In this document: positions 50,335 to 64,000 of the stretch, one piece after another
Position numbering within the stretch: the first letter of the stretch is position 1
Layout: every line of letters begins with the position of its first letter
Origin: Camelus ferus
Taxonomy: Eukaryota
Direction of reading: 5' to 3'
DNA length: 64,000 bases
NCBI RefSeq assembly: GCF_009834535.1
Contig: NC_045696.1
Coordinates: forward strand, 110,300,001-110,364,000
Notes under the pieces: generated by a model
Told to the model about the DNA's origin: nothing
Database searches by the model: none
Seen by the model: the letters and a program-made list of their open reading frames with translations, nothing else
Position numbers and translations under genes: made by a program

Positions 50335-50852
50335 ACATCAGGATGCTTTTGTCTGAAATAACAGAATACCTGATCAAAAGTGGGTTAAACAATAGGGGAA
50401 CAATTAATAATTTTCACATACAAAATCTAGAATTAGGCTGTCCTCACCTTGCTTAAGTCACTCACCAATGTCAAGACAAACTGAACTTCTCTTTGGTTTA
50501 CCTCATGGCTGCAAAGAGGCTGCAGTAGCCCCACAAATCACAACCTCATATAATAGTATGAAGTAGGAAGGGATAAGAAAAAAATTGTATGTCTTTTTTT
50601 CTTTTTTAAATCTGAGAGAAAAACCCCTTCCAAAACTTTTCAGCTGAATTCCTCTTCTATCACCTTGGCCAGAACTAGGTCAGGTGACCACAAGTAAGCC
50701 TATCACTGGGGAGAATTGGATAACCATACTTGTCTAGAATAATCAAGGTGCAAGCTTGAGACTGTGGCCTGATACCTGAACAAACTCAGGGTCATGTCAG
50801 CAAGGAAGAAGAGGGAATGGCTGTGGGGTAAACAATCAAAAATATTGCCACC
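50335..50852 (-). mobile_element. MaLR LTR (MLT1J-like)
   Basis: tcaggatgcttttg...aataacaga...ttggccagaactaggtca...gcaaggaagaagagggaatggctgtgggg. Confidence 0.75.
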
Positions 50853-51864
50853 ACCACCCAAACTCCTGAAAGTTCCTTTCACTGCCTTGGGGCAAGGATG
50901 GGTCCCAGAGATTGGAGATTTCTTTTACTATAACAAAATCTTAGTAACCACCCACTCTGAGTAAGCAAGCGTAGGGCCTCCAGCTCTGAGTTCTGGAAAG
51001 CTTCAGCCAACAAATCACTCATCTCATCACTCAAGCTCTACCTAAGCAGATTTCCCATACGACCTAGCCCAGGCAATCCAGTGGAAGGTGCATGACCATA
51101 ATGGTAAACTATAGGAGATAATGTTCTAAGGGAGGGGAATCTTCCTTTCAGTTCATTGGAACTGCAAGTCCAAGAAGGCAGGCCAAACCCCAGTGATTTT
51201 TTCCCTTTCTCTCTGTCCTTCCAACACAGTAGCACTAAGCAGAAATTTCTGGCCAGAGGACTAAAGAGGGGAGCCTTAGGGAGTAAGGAAGTATCTAGGA
51301 GAGAGTAGAGAGGTAGGAGCTTAGGAAGCAACCCCATACATCTGTGTGTGATCTGGGCTCACCCTGATCTGTGTATTCTGAATCTGGCCTTTATTAGCAT
51401 ATCAAATATTCTTGAGAACTGAGTTAATAGAGGGGCTCTTAGCTAGATTCTAAGCTAAGCAGCACCCACAGAAGATGATCCCAATAAAGAGGCTTTGAAA
51501 ACTAAGGTGATATTGCAACCATGGCCCACAGAAGGTGGATTGGAACTTGTAGCCTGAATCTAACAAGATCAAGTGTCTACTAAGACAAAAATCTCCATAT
51601 AGTCCACAGGATTTAAACCAGACCCAGCACCACATAGACATTAAAAGAATCACAACACTATTATGAACAACACTAGGAAAAAAAGTTCAGCAACTTAAAT
51701 GGATTAATTTCTTAAAACCCACAAACTACCAAAGCTCACCCAAGATAAGATAGAGAATCCAATAGCCCTACAACTCTTAAATAGCTGTTAAATAAATTGA
51801 ATTTGTATTTTAAAACATTCCTAAAAAGAACAAATCCATACATGCTCTTAAAATTCATAGAACT

Positions 51865-52495
51865 GATCTGAAGAAAATGGAAACACAAGTTCAAAAAGAT
51901 ACGTGCACCCCAATGTTTATAGTAGCATTATTTACAATAGCCAAGATATGGAACCTAAGTGTCTCCATCAGCAGATGAATGGATAAAGAAGATCTGAGAT
52001 AAACGTATACACAAACACATACACACACATAGACACACACACACACACACGGAGACATACACCCACACAGTGGATTATTACCCATCCATAAAAAGAATGA
52101 AATTCTGTCAACTGCAACGTAGATGGACCTAGAGGTATTAGGCCTAGTGAAATGTCAGACAGAGGAAGACAAATACTGTTATCACCCATCTGTGGAATCT
52201 AAAAAATAAAACAAATATAAGAAAACAGAAACACACTCACAGATACAGAGAACAAACTAGTGGTTACTAGTGGGGAGACAGAAAAGGGGAAGGGGCACAA
52301 AGGGGTAGCAGATTAAGAGATACAAACTACTATGTATAAAATAAAGAAGCAACAAGGATATACTGTACAGCACAGGGAAATATAGCCGTTATGTTGTAAT
52401 AACTTTGAATGAAGTATAATATATAAAAATACTGAATCACTATGTTGTACATTTGAAACTAATATAGTATTGTAAATCAACTAAACTTCAATAAA
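51865..52495 (+). mobile_element. Cetartiodactyl L1 3' end (older 3'UTR type) with an internal (CA)n
   Basis: Perfect 15-bp TSD aaaattcatagaact at 51850-51864 and 52496-52510. Confidence 0.92.
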
Positions 52496-54312
52496 AAAAT
52501 TCATAGAACTACATATCAAAAGAAAATGATTCAATTTACCATATAATAATTTTTTAAATAATCTGTTAAACCTTTGGAAAAATAAATCTCTAGACCCAGA
52601 TAGTTTCACTGGTAAATTCTATTCAAACATTTAAAAAATGCATAACAGCAATTCGACATAATCTCATCCAGAAAATAGAAGAGGAGGAAATACTTTTCAA
52701 CTTATTTCATGAGGGCTGCATTACCCTGACAACAAAACCAGACAAAGACACTATGAGAGAGAGAGAGAACTACAGACAAATATCTCCTATGAACATAGAC
52801 ACAAAAATTCTCAAAATATTAAAAAATAGAACCCAGCAATATACAAAAAGAATACTACACCAAGACCCAGTGAGGTTTATTTTAAGAAAGCAATGTTGAT
52901 TCAATATTTGAAAATCAACCAATTCATGTAATATACCATATTAAGAATTTCTTTTAAGTTCCATGATGTTATTAACAGATGCAGAAAAACATTTGACAAA
53001 TATAACACTTATTCATGTAAAAAGTATCAGCAAACTAGGAATAGAAGAGTCATTTCTGAACCTGATAAAGGGCATCTACAAACCTGACAACTAACATTAT
53101 ACTTGATGGTGGAAGACAGGTTGCTTTCCCCCTAAACTGGAATCAAGGCAAGGCTATTCCCTCTCACCACTTCCATTCAACATTGTACAGGAAATCTTAG
53201 AGCAAAAGGGAAAAAGTAAATAAAGAAGAAATAAAAAGTATAGAGATTATAAAGGAAGAAATAAAAATCTCCCTATTTGCACACATGATTGTCTATGTAG
53301 AAAATTTCAGGAAATTCCGGAAGGTCCTAGAACTAATAAGTGAGTCTAGCAAGGTTGCAGTGTATAAAGTCAACACATGCAAAAATTCAACTGAATTTCT
53401 ATATTCTAACAATGTACAGTTAGAAACTAAAATTTAAACAACTATCCTATTTAAAATAACTCAGGAAATAGAAATATAACAAAACATGTACAAGGTCTGT
53501 ATGCTGAAAACTAAAAATGCTGATAAAAGAATTTGAAGAAGATCTAAATAAATGGAGAGAGATATTAAAGATAGTAAAGATGTCAGTTTCCCCCAAATGA
53601 TCTATAGATTTAACCAATACACAAACAGATTTTAAACTTTATATGGGAAGGCAAAGGGAGTGGAATAGCTAATATTTATACTGATAAAGGAGAGTAAAGT
53701 TGGAGGAATCACACTATCCAATTCCAAGATGTCCTAGAAAGTTATAATAATCAACACATGTGTAGTGCTGACCAAGGGACAGACACATAAATCAACGGAG
53801 CATAGAGTTCAGAAACAAGACTCACGCAGAGTCATCTCTAACAAAGGACTTATATACAAAATAAAGAACTCTCAAAACTCAACAATAAGACAACGACCAA
53901 ATTTTAGATGAGAAAAAGACTTAGAACTTCACTAAAAAGGATATAAAGTTGGCAAATAGACACATTTTTAGGAGTTTAACATCATCAGCCATTAGGGAAA
54001 TGCAAATTAAAACTACTACTCAACTATAGAATGGCTAAAATAAATAATCTTGTTACCATCTGATGGTAATAGGAAGCAACCAGACTCTCGTATGTTGTTG
54101 ATGGGAATGTAAATGGTACAGACAGTCTAGCAAACAGTTTGGCAGTTTCTTATAAAGTTAAACGTATATTTACCATAGGAGCCAGCAATCCTACTCTGGA
54201 GTATTTTCCCTAAAGAAATCTTGTGTTCACATGAAAAAAAAAAGTATCTAAATGTTTATAGCAGTTCTATTCATAATCACCCAAACTGGAAACTAGCTAA
54301 TGTTCTTTAGTG

Positions 54313-54819
54313 ATGTTCTCATTTCCTATTGCTGCTGTAGCAAATTACCGTACATCGTGGCTGGAAACAACGCACACTTACTATCTTACAGTTCTGGAGA
54401 TCAGAAGTCTGAAATGGGTCTCACAGGGCTAGAATCAAGGCTTTGTTTGACAGGGCTGCATTCCTTTCTGGAGGCTCTAGGGAAGAATCAATTTTCTGGC
54501 CCTTTCCAGCTTCTATAGACTGTCTGCAATCTTTGGCTCATGACTCCTTCCATTTTGAAAGTCACCAGTGACCCACTGAGTCTTCTTCACAATGTTGTCT
54601 CTTTGGTTCTGACTTATCTGACTCCCTCTTCTCCATTTAAGGATGCTTGTGATGACACTGGGTCCACCTAGCTAACCAATAATAACTCTGCACCTTAAGG
54701 TCAGATAATTAGCAACTTTAATTCCATCTGCAACCTTAATGCTTTCCTGCCATGTAATAAAACATCACAGGGATTTGGACATTAATATCTTTGGGAGGGT
54801 GGTCAATCCGTCTACCACA
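54313..54819 (-). mobile_element. MaLR LTR (MLT1D-like)
   Basis: ttcctattgctgctgtagcaaattacc...cagttctggagatcagaagtctgaaatggg...attagcaactttaattccatctgcaaccttaa...ctaccaca. Confidence 0.88.
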
Positions 54820-55894
54820 GATGGACAAATGAATAAACAAACTGCAGTACGTCCATACAATGGAATCCCAATTATCACACAGGAATGAATGAACTTTGAT
54901 ATATACAACTTACATGAATCTTAAAGGCATTCTACTGCATAAACAAAGCCAGTCTCAAAAGGTTATGTATTATTTAAGTCTATTTATAGAACATTATCAA
55001 AAAGATAAAATTATGGTGATAGAGAATAGGTCAGTGGCTGCCAGGGAATATAGATGGGGGGAGGGGGTATGACTAAAAGTGACAGCACAAGGGAGCTCTT
55101 TAGGGTGACAGAACTGTTTTGTGTCTAATTGTGGTGGGTGTAATACAAAACTATACATATGTTCAAATTCATAGAACTGTACCAAAAGGGGAAAAGCCAA
55201 TTTTATCATATGATAATTTTTTTAAAATCATACAATTGTACATTTACATACACAAACCCACACACGGAGACGCTACTACAGTACCTCACGGTACTAGGGG
55301 AAAGAAAAACTGCCAAAAATGTTACACCAGACTCTCTAGTTTTTTGGTGGAGAGTTCACAGGAGCTTCTGTAGTTCTCAAAGCTTCCCTGAAACAGGAAA
55401 GCCATTTTGAACCTCAAAATTAGGATAATATTAATCTTATTGGGTTATTAAGAAGATTAAATTTAAAATGTGTACATAAATATCCTGACATATAAACAGA
55501 TTCTAAATTATCTTAAGTGCTTTGTTTTTGCCACCCTGTTGGTGTGTCTGAACTCCCAGGTATTTTTTCTCCCAAAGAGTGAGAACCTTCAGAGTTTGTA
55601 ACAACTCAGTGCTATGAGTGCAGAAACAAATGTTCTAAAGAGAGATAGGTAGGATCACATGTCACAAAGGACGCTCCTGAGATGTGAGAGCTCCCAACCA
55701 GTACACTGTACAAGGTGTCTATGAGCCATATTTTATTCCCTTTTTCCAACATAAGTACAATCCAGGGTTTTCATCATAACATCCTTACAGATATCCTCCC
55801 TGCCTTCCTCTGTTCATTTCCACTATCTTCCCATCCCTGTGTCTCCTCCATGGACCTAGGAAATGTCTAATGTGGTGGACGAGGATGGAATGGT

Positions 55895-56030
55895 CATTCA
55901 TGCATTTATCCTTTGGTTCAAACAGCCTTATCGAGTATCTCCAATTGCCAAGCATTGAGCTCAAAACCCCAGGGATATAAATGTGGATCAACCTCTATCC
56001 CTGCCTTTGAGGTGTTTGCAGTCTAACTGC
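55895..56030 (-). mobile_element. L2 3' end
   Basis: cattcatgcatttatcc...ttcaaacagccttatcgagtatctcc...tccctgcctttgaggtgtttgcagtctaa. Confidence 0.6.
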
Positions 56031-59029
56031 GGAAGGGCACAAAATATGAAATTAGCAGCAGAGGCAGGGAGTAGTCGATTCTACTTCTTTGAATATTAAA
56101 ACACAAGAGTTTTCAATTTAAACTTGTTTGAAGAGCTATAGAAACTCCTCCAATCAGAAATTCAAAAGAACTGAGTAGGAAAGGGCATTCATCAAAGAGT
56201 AAAGTAAAAATACATCTAAAGAACAGGTGGAAACTAAAAACATTACATAAAGGAGAGCATCTCCCTTTTCTAGACTCATCTAAATGCAATTTGCACTTGC
56301 CTTGTAAGTGAGGACTGCTGTCTATTAGGCAAGTGAAAATTTGTAAAATGATGTGGGTTTCTCATAGGAGGAAAAATGGTATTATACATGAGCCTAATGA
56401 GGATAATTATCAAGAGGCTACAACTGAGTTATATTATTAATCACACTGAGGTCTAATATTAGCATAGAATTAGAAATGACCACAGAAAAATTCAAATCTG
56501 CCACATTTTGCCCATTTCTCCCAGGGAGAATAATCACGCCTAAACAGATATATATTTGAAGGCTTTCCCGTAAATCTGGCCTTCTCAGCTCACTGAGTTT
56601 GGATGATTCTGTTAAATAAACAGGCCTTCAAATAACAGACTGCTATACACATGGGTAACCATGGGGAAAGTGAAGCTCTGTTTTCCTCTGTCTGGTCTAT
56701 AACATGTACAATTGGGGGTTATGGAGGTTTGATCATGGCCTATTTTGAAATATTAAAACATATGATTTAAAAAGTTGAAAGTTGGTTTTTACTCATAAGG
56801 AATTAACCATTACACTCTGTATCTCCACCCACCATGTTACCATGTTGATTAGAAAGAGGAATGGTATTTGTGGATGGGACTTGGAAAATTATCTACATTT
56901 TGCAACTTGTTCCCTGAAAAAAAAAAAAAAATCAGTAGAAACACTTTCCCTCTCCAGTTCTTACTGAATTGTGGTTGGGTCTTCATATACTCAGGTAAAA
57001 CTCAGTAGAGTTCAAAGATTGTTAACAAACTTGGTACCGGCAGTTTGGTTCATCTCTACTTCAGATGCTTATTCCTGCTAATGGCCCTGGTCACCTGGAG
57101 GGTCCTCTCATCTCACTCTTGGTCTACCTGAACCCAACATTCCCTAAGAGGCTGCTTCCTAGTCTCACTGCCGTAAAACTTTGTAAACAAGTCTCTCTTC
57201 CTGCAAACCCTGACAGCAGTCTCTCCACAGCACATCATTAAGCATCTTACTGTGCTACGATGCATCTATTAGCACATCAGATGTGGCCCAACAAGGCACT
57301 TCGGCTTGTTGGGAGGAGGAAGTACCAGAGAAGGCCTGGGCATGTATTCCAGAAATTGCTAATAGTGGGAAATAGGGGCACTTCAGAGCAAAAATGTGAA
57401 TATATACTTAAAAATAACGTAACCTTTACAGTCATATATTTAAAAAGGCTACTTTACATTGCCTAAGACAAAGCAATGCTGTGTGTTGCTATGACAGCCT
57501 TTACTGAGGTCCTGTTTTCCAGTATCAGGGCTGCAGATGATCCTGGCTTTTAGTTTTTGGAGTAAGAATCCATTTCTTTCCCAGTTGAAGCATCTAATTC
57601 CCAGCTTCCAGGTTTTCAAATCCATAAAATGCACAAAGCATCAAATCAATTAAGAAATACTAAGATATTACTTAAGAATATCTGCTAATCACCACAGCAG
57701 CTAACAGCAATCCATTCCAAATACTTATTGTTTTCCTGGCAACGCCTCGGGGGAAAATCAAATGTTTAAGTCACAGTTCTCATCCTTAGGTGTTTAGTAA
57801 CCCTAAAGAAGAATGAGAGCTATGACAGGGACAGTAAGTGCTGTCACTAGTTAAGGAAGAGAATTGGAAGGTCCAATTTCAATAGACAGGTGGAAAGAAA
57901 AACCAATTGTAAACCAGTCCCAGAGTTATGAAGATGTTTCATAATAGGGGAGGGGAGTCAATTCTATTTGTAAGCAGAAGGAAAGGATTTGGAATAAGAG
58001 AAATGACAGTAATTAAATCAGAAGAAGTAAACCAGGCTGGAATCACAATGACAGAGGGTGGAAAGCCCTGGGGAGAAACAGGTCATCTCTTCCTCTTTCT
58101 GTTACTCTCTCTTTGGGGACCTTGAATTTCCTTTGTGGCTCTTGTTGCAACTTATAATTATCCTATCTTGTATATTCATATGTGTATTTGCTTCCTTGCA
58201 TGTTTATGATCAGCCTTCCCTGGATGCACCCGAGCGGCAAGATTATAGGCTGCACAGTGCCTGGCACATAAAAGGGTCTCATAAATCATTTGTAAATAAA
58301 ATGAAATATGAAGAAAGGAACAAGATGCGGAAAGATCAGGTAGAGAGAAGGGAGCTGAGAGACAATGTGTTAGACTCCTTGACCTTCTAAGAGGAGAGGC
58401 AAGGTCACAGCTGAGAGTGAAAGAGGTCAGAGTGGAGTTGGGGGTGAGGAAAGTGGAAAACGGGTATCAGGAGTGGGGAAGAGGGGACAAAAAGATGAGC
58501 AGAAGCACCAGGGAGGGCTTCATCAAAGCTGGACAGTGTGGCTGGGCAGTGCAACAAACTAGCAAGGCTTTATGATTTTCTTTGAAAATTCTTGGCCATC
58601 CCAGCAAGGGAGAAACAAAAACAAATGGGGGGTGCCAATGGCTGGAGTTACCAAGGCAGAAACAGCAGGATGAGGTGATGTCAAATTTTACAACCAGCAA
58701 CAAACACTCCCATCCCTGATTTATGAGGTTATGTGCGCTTGATTTCTAACACCGCCAACTCCCTTAAAAAGAAGATTCAACCAAACCAACCTTGCATTCT
58801 CGTCTTCCTTGAAGGTAGAGGCCTCCTACTTGATGGAAGAGCTATACCTGGGGAATCAAAACCTGAGTGGTCCCTTCTAATCCTAAGATTTTCTGCAGCA
58901 GGTAAGGAGCCTTAAAGAGTGATAGACAAAGAGGCAGCTGGTGGGAGGACCAAAGGTGGCGTTTGTCAACTGATGCCAAAACCAAATCTGAAGCATGTCA
59001 TCAGCTCCCAATTCCTCCAGCACCTCTAC

Positions 59030-59200
59030 TGCTTTGGTTCTTGAACCTTTGCACTAATCAGAATCACTTGGGTGCTTGTTGAAATAGGGTTTCTAGCCCC
59101 CACCCCCAGAATTTCTGGAGTGAGACCCAAGAATTTGCATTTCTGACAAGTTCCCAGATGACACGGACATTGCTTATCCAGGGACCACTCTGAGAACTGC
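59030..59200. mobile_element. MER5A MITE
   Basis: atcagaatcacttggg...cccaagaatttgcatttctgacaagttcccagatga...gggaccactctgagaac. Confidence 0.85.
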
Positions 59201-59589
59201 ACTTCTTAGGCAAAGGGCTGCCTTCGTGTATGCTTCCATATACTGCTTCTCTCCTGCCTTTTTGTAACTGACAGATGCATTTACTGAGTGACTACTATGT
59301 TCGAGGCAGTAATTCTAGTTCTTAGAACAGAGTCTGACTCAGAATAAGTCCTCAGTAATATTTGTTGAATAAATAGTGAGCAAAACTCAGACACAATCCC
59401 TCTCTCATGGAGTTTACAGACTGTTGGGGGTGCCTACATTATTATAATAATCTCATAAATAAATGTATAATTACAAATTCATCTGTAAACTAAGGCGGGG
59501 AGGTGCCTAGGACCACCCCCCTTATTGTTACAGGCCTAGGGATATTGACCTTTCCTGTACACTGGAACCATCTGAGGTTCTGTAAAATA

Positions 59590-59712
59590 AGGCTTGGGTT
59601 TCACTACCAGAGACACCAATTTAACTGCTCTGGGCTGCAGTCTGGGAATCAGTATTTTTAAAAGCTCCCCAAGTGATTCTGTGTTGACACCCAAGTTGAT
59701 ACTCACCGGGCT
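59590..59712. mobile_element. MER5A/B fragment
   Basis: ctgggaatcagtatttttaaaagctccccaagtgattctg...ccaagttga. Confidence 0.7.
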
Positions 59713-60121
59713 AGAGAGATTCTTGGTGATTCCTATAGTTGGTTTCAATAGCCAAGTTCCATGACATTATGATTTAAATACTCCAACATCGTAAGTGTCG
59801 GTTTCTAAACCAAAATATTTTCCAATTTTACTAAGATAGGTTCCATTTTAAACAAGCCTTCCAGAATGAAACTGTGTTTCAATATAATGACAGTTTTTCT
59901 TGGGTTTTTAGAAAAATTCATAGAATTGTATTCAACTTGAGTTCCAATTGAAATGTAACATAAACCTGATCTTGACAAAAAGCTCATTTCTTTCCAGGTG
60001 TGGAAGTCTTGCTGGTGGTACCTGTTACCATTTTGTTCAAGAATTCTTAAGAGCGACTTTAAGCTGATGCTGGGAAAAAGGACTAAGTGGTCTTTGTTAT
60101 CAAAATCCAGCCCATGTTGCT

Positions 60122-60900
60122 CTTTTTTTTTTTTGATTAAAATATACTCAGTGTACAATGTTGTGTCAATTTCTGATACACAGTTTAATGTTTCAGTCAT
60201 ACATACACATATATTCCTTTTCATATTCTTTTCATTATAGGTTACTAACAAGATATTGAATACAGTTCCCTGTGCTAGACAGAAGAAACTTGTTCATCTA
60301 TTTTATATATATTAGTTAGTATCTGCATATCTTGAACTCCCAGTTTATCCCTTCCCAGTCCCTCTCCCCGCCAGTAACCATAGTTTGTTTTCTATGTCTG
60401 TGAGTCTGTTTCTGTTTTGTAAATAAATTCATTTGTATCCTTTTCTTTTCTTTTCTTTCTTTTTTTTTGGGGGGGGGGAATTCCACATATGAGTAATCAC
60501 ATGGTATTTTTCTGTCTCTTTCTGGCTTATTTCACTTAGAATGACGATCTCCAGGTCTATCCATGTTGCTGCAAATGGCATTATTTTATTCCTTTTTACA
60601 GCTGAGTAGTATTCCATCATATAAATATACCACAACTTCTTTATTCAATCATCTGTCAATGGACAGTTAGGTTGCTTCCATGCCTTGGCTGTTGTAAATA
60701 GTGCTGCTATGAACACTGGGGTGCATGTATCTTTTCAAATTAGAGTTTCCTCTGGATACATACCTAGGAGAGGGATTGCTGGATCATATGGTAAGTCTAT
60801 TTTCAGTCTTCTGAGGAATCTCCATACTGTCCTCCATAATGGCTGCACCAAACCACATTCCTACCAACGGTGTAGGAGGGTTCCTTTTTCTCCATACCCA
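60122..60900 (-). mobile_element. Camelid-type L1 3' end
   Basis: Poly(T), antisense 3'UTR and ORF2 end ([25 protein letters not shown]); TSD catgttgct at 60113-60121 and 60901-60909. Confidence 0.94.
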
Positions 60901-61205
60901 CATGTTGCTTTTTACATTTAGTAAAAACTAGAGACCGCTGTTTGGTTTTTTTGTCTCAAACATAGTGCATTAAATAAATTTTCCCCATCTTGACTTGGTT
61001 AGCGCACCTGGAAGCATGGGAATTAAGGTTGGCTTATTTGTTGCCAGTTATTTTAATCCAAAGGAGAAAAATCTAGTTCATAATTATGATCAGCAACACT
61101 TTACCTTGATCATAGTGACATGCCCCCACTTCTCTATGAATCCTTTCCCTAATTTATGATTTATAATTTATGACACTTTGTCTCTGAGATCTTCTGACTC
61201 CCATC

Positions 61206-61415
61206 CAGGGGTGTGCTGGTAAATATTTAACAACCAGTTCTGGGTGTTGGGGTGAGGAGCCCTGATCTGTAGTTTTGCCATTTTCTATGGTGTAAATACT
61301 CCCATCCTGGTCTATTATAACCTACCAGTTCAATTGTCACTGAACGCAGAGTTTGAAAGAGATGTGCATTATTGGTTCTCCTGAACTGGTACCAGCTGGC
61401 TCTAGCATACCCCTG
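61206..61415. mobile_element. MER63A-like hAT-Blackjack MITE
   Basis: TIRs caggggtgtgctgg / ctagcatacccctg; 8-bp TSD ctcccatc (61198-61205) / ctcccacc (61416-61423). Confidence 0.88.
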
Positions 61416-61619
61416 CTCCCACCTATGACCCTCCTCCCTAGGCAGAAGAATATAATCTGGTGGTTTATTATTTGTTGTAAAGGAGGAGATCCTTATATCT
61501 CTTCCATATCCACCCTCAGTCCCCCTCAAAACTTACACATCTGTTCCCTCAAGTTCTTTGCATTCATTTCAAGTAAGAAGGCAGTGATTGGCACTAAATG
61601 TAGATTTAGAAGATTGGTG

Positions 61620-62000
61620 GGCAGGATTTCTACCTTTGCCACCACCAACTGCATGTTTCAGCAAGTCACTTAATCTCTTCAAGCCTCGGTCCTTCCTTGG
61701 TGAATCAAGGGTGGTAATGATATCCACCTTCCACAATTGTTGCTAAGCAAAGAAGAGATGCTGTATCGTAAGCAATGCTTCACAAACTTGAGTGTGTGTG
61801 CATCAGAATCACCCAGAGAGCTTGTCAACACAGATTGTTGACACTTTCTCCCACATACACACTGAGTTTTGAAGTCCAAAGGTCTGAGTATCTGCATTTC
61901 TAACAAGCTTCCAGTTGAAACTGATGCTGCCTTCTGGAGACCACACTTTGAGTCGCACCGTGATAAAGCACCTTGTGAATTTTTTAATGTCAGGTAAACA
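61620..62000 (+). mobile_element. MIR with a nested MER5A (~61772-61958)
   Basis: gcaagtcacttaatctcttcaagcctcgg...; insert tgcatcagaatcaccc...tctgcatttctaacaagc...gaccacactttgag. Confidence 0.78.
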
Positions 62001-62249
62001 TAAAGGGTTTTTAACAGAAGACGACTGTGGCTTACTGCCCCATCTCTCTTGGTCCCAGGGAATAGATCCATTTCAATGAATATCCTCCAAGGAGCTACAA
62101 CAGTGGCTATGACTATGAATGCTGTGCATTTGTAGAGGGTTTAATGGATTATACCCTGAGATTTGGGGGTGCTGGGAAGCATCCTGTGGTTTGGAATGAA
62201 GTATAATAGCATCTTCATCTGGGGAATTCCTCAATCCCTGGGAAATGAG

Positions 62250-63540
62250 GGTCACACTTCACATGCCTATGGGACTTCACAAGACCCCAAGCTTGCCCCT
62301 CTCCCAGTGCTTCCTTGTTCAGGGCATGGCTTCACCATCCAACTGGTTCTCAGGCCAAAATCAAGTTCTGTTCATTTTATCACCTAAATATCTTCCAATT
62401 CTATTTTCTTCTCTCCATCCCACCAGCACCCACCACCCTAGGACAAGCCTTTATCTTCTCTCAACTGAGTCATTACAGTGGCCTCTGAACTTGTCCACTT
62501 GCCTTTACTCTGTCCCTCTCTAATGCATTCTTCCCTCGGTAGGCAGAGTGATGGACTCAAAGAGATCATGCCCCCAACCCCACTCCCATGACTTCCTCCT
62601 TGTTCCCAAGGTAAAGACAAGATTTCTGAAGCTGGCCTGCGGGACTTTGTGAGCTGGCCCCAACTGAAATCCCCCTAGCCTCACTTTGGGCAATTCTAGC
62701 CACAGAGCACTGTCAAGGGAAATCCCAGAAGGAGATTCAAGCAGTAAAAAATGCTTCTTGCAATGGTTGCAAGAGAGTCCAACATTCAGAAGAATGGGAC
62801 ACCCTGAATAAAGGATCAAGTCAGTATTAAAGAAAAATACCATGAAGTTATTTTCATTGCTCAAAAAACAGAAGTTCCTCACTTGATTATCATATCTGCG
62901 AGGATCTTTATATTTCTGAAGACATGAAAGTTGTAAAAGTCAGAGATACATTGTTTTTCACTCTCAGGAAGGGGCTAAAGGCTTTATTTACTTTGAGAAC
63001 TAAGATTCTACAGGGTTTTTCTGGTTTTTGCGGTCATCTCATGATGCCAAGTTGCCTTTATTCTCTCTGTGTACACTGTGTGCACCCTTATATTAACAGT
63101 GGCAGGGCAAGGTGCCAGTGGTCCCTTCACACAATCTTTCAGACCCTCGTGTACTCTCTGTATCTTTTCTTCATGGGCCTTTGTACCTGCTGTTTCCACT
63201 GCCTGGAATGCTCTCCATCTCTTCCTCTCGGTACCTCCTATTTTCCCTTCAGATTATATAGCTCCATTATCACAACAGCAGGGAAGGCTTCTCTGACCTC
63301 CAGCCTAGATCAGATCTCCTTAATACAGCCTCTCATAGCACCATATACCTTTGCCTTGGGACATTTGTCACGGTCACAGTTTACATTTGCTCATTTGACT
63401 TTTAAAACTTAGTATCTAATTTCCCAGTAGAGTCAAGTAAATCCATATGGGAAGAGACTATAGTCTGTCTTCACTCCAGCACTGTACCCCAGGCCTTGGT
63501 AGAGTATGTGGCTTACAGTAGGTGCTCAATAAATGATTTT
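62250..63540 (+). mobile_element. L2 3' fragments
   Basis: ccatccaactggttctcaggccaaaa...; tccactgcctggaatgctctcc...; ends cagtaggtgctcaataaatg. Confidence 0.72.
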
Positions 63541-63668
63541 AGGACTTCCACACTGGGATCTCTTTTGATCATCATCTGATTCCCTATGAGGTGGGTAAAA
63601 CAATACATTGCATTCCACAGTATTCCCACTTGACTAATGAAGAAATTGAGGCTAAAAAAAAATCTGTG

Positions 63669-64000
63669 AAGAGAAGGAAAAATACCATATGGTATCAATT
63701 ATATGTAGAATCTTAAAAAAAATGACACAAATGAACTTATTTACAAAACAGAAACAGACTCAGACGTAGGAAACAAACTTACAGTTACCAGGGGGAAAGA
63801 GGGTGGGAAGGGTTAAATTGGGAGTTGGAAATTTGCAGATAGTAACTGCTATATGTAAAATAGATAAACAACAAGGTCCCACTGTATAGCACAGGGGACT
63901 ATATTCAATATCTTGTAGGAACTTATAATGAAAAAGTATGAAAAGGAATATATGTATGTATCCGTATGACTGAAACAATATGCTGTACACCAGAAACTGA
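63669..64000 (+). mobile_element. Camelid-type L1 3'UTR, cut by the window end
   Basis: gacacaaatgaacttatttacaaaacagaaacagactc...gggtgggaaggg...tgactgaaacaatatgctgtacaccagaaactga. Confidence 0.93.

Larger units (their letters stand above)
50900..55225 (+). mobile_element. Long, internally deleted old L1 (5' end, ORF2 relics, L1MD1-like 3' end)
   Basis: ORF2 DNA such as gacccagatagtttcactggtaaattct, aactacagacaaatatctcctatgaacatagac and ctctcaccacttccattcaacattgtac; L1MD-type 3'UTR at 54820-55225; many stops. Confidence 0.85.

Noticed and set aside
62924..63412. 162-aa ATG ORF
   Set aside because: Mostly runs through L2-derived CT-rich sequence; no protein family resemblance
1..64000. A novel prokaryote-style system (CRISPR array, retron, defence operon)
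   Set aside because: The DNA is mammalian and repeat-rich, the longest ORF is 168 aa, and there is no operon structure or regularly spaced repeat-spacer array

Overview
Mammalian nuclear DNA, almost certainly from a camelid (alpaca/llama/camel): it carries a Vic-1-type tRNA-derived SINE and several L1 3' ends of the camelid type. The window looks intergenic or deep intronic. By eye, roughly half or more is decayed transposable elements: L1 of several ages, L2, MIR, MaLR/ERVL/ERV1 solo LTRs, and hAT and mariner-type DNA transposon fossils. I can support no intact protein-coding gene, RNA gene, CRISPR array or new biological system. The listed ORFs are chance frames or TE remnants. The notable items are mechanistic fossils: a TSD-flanked young-L1/old-L1 chimera, a twin-primed inverted L1, a probable L1 3' transduction with target deletion, a micro-inversion inside a mariner fossil, and multi-level nested insertions. 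There are also a few weak candidate exon or regulatory patches. Repeat subfamily names come from my recall of consensus sequences, and boundaries are approximate unless a TSD is quoted. RepeatMasker/Dfam should confirm them.
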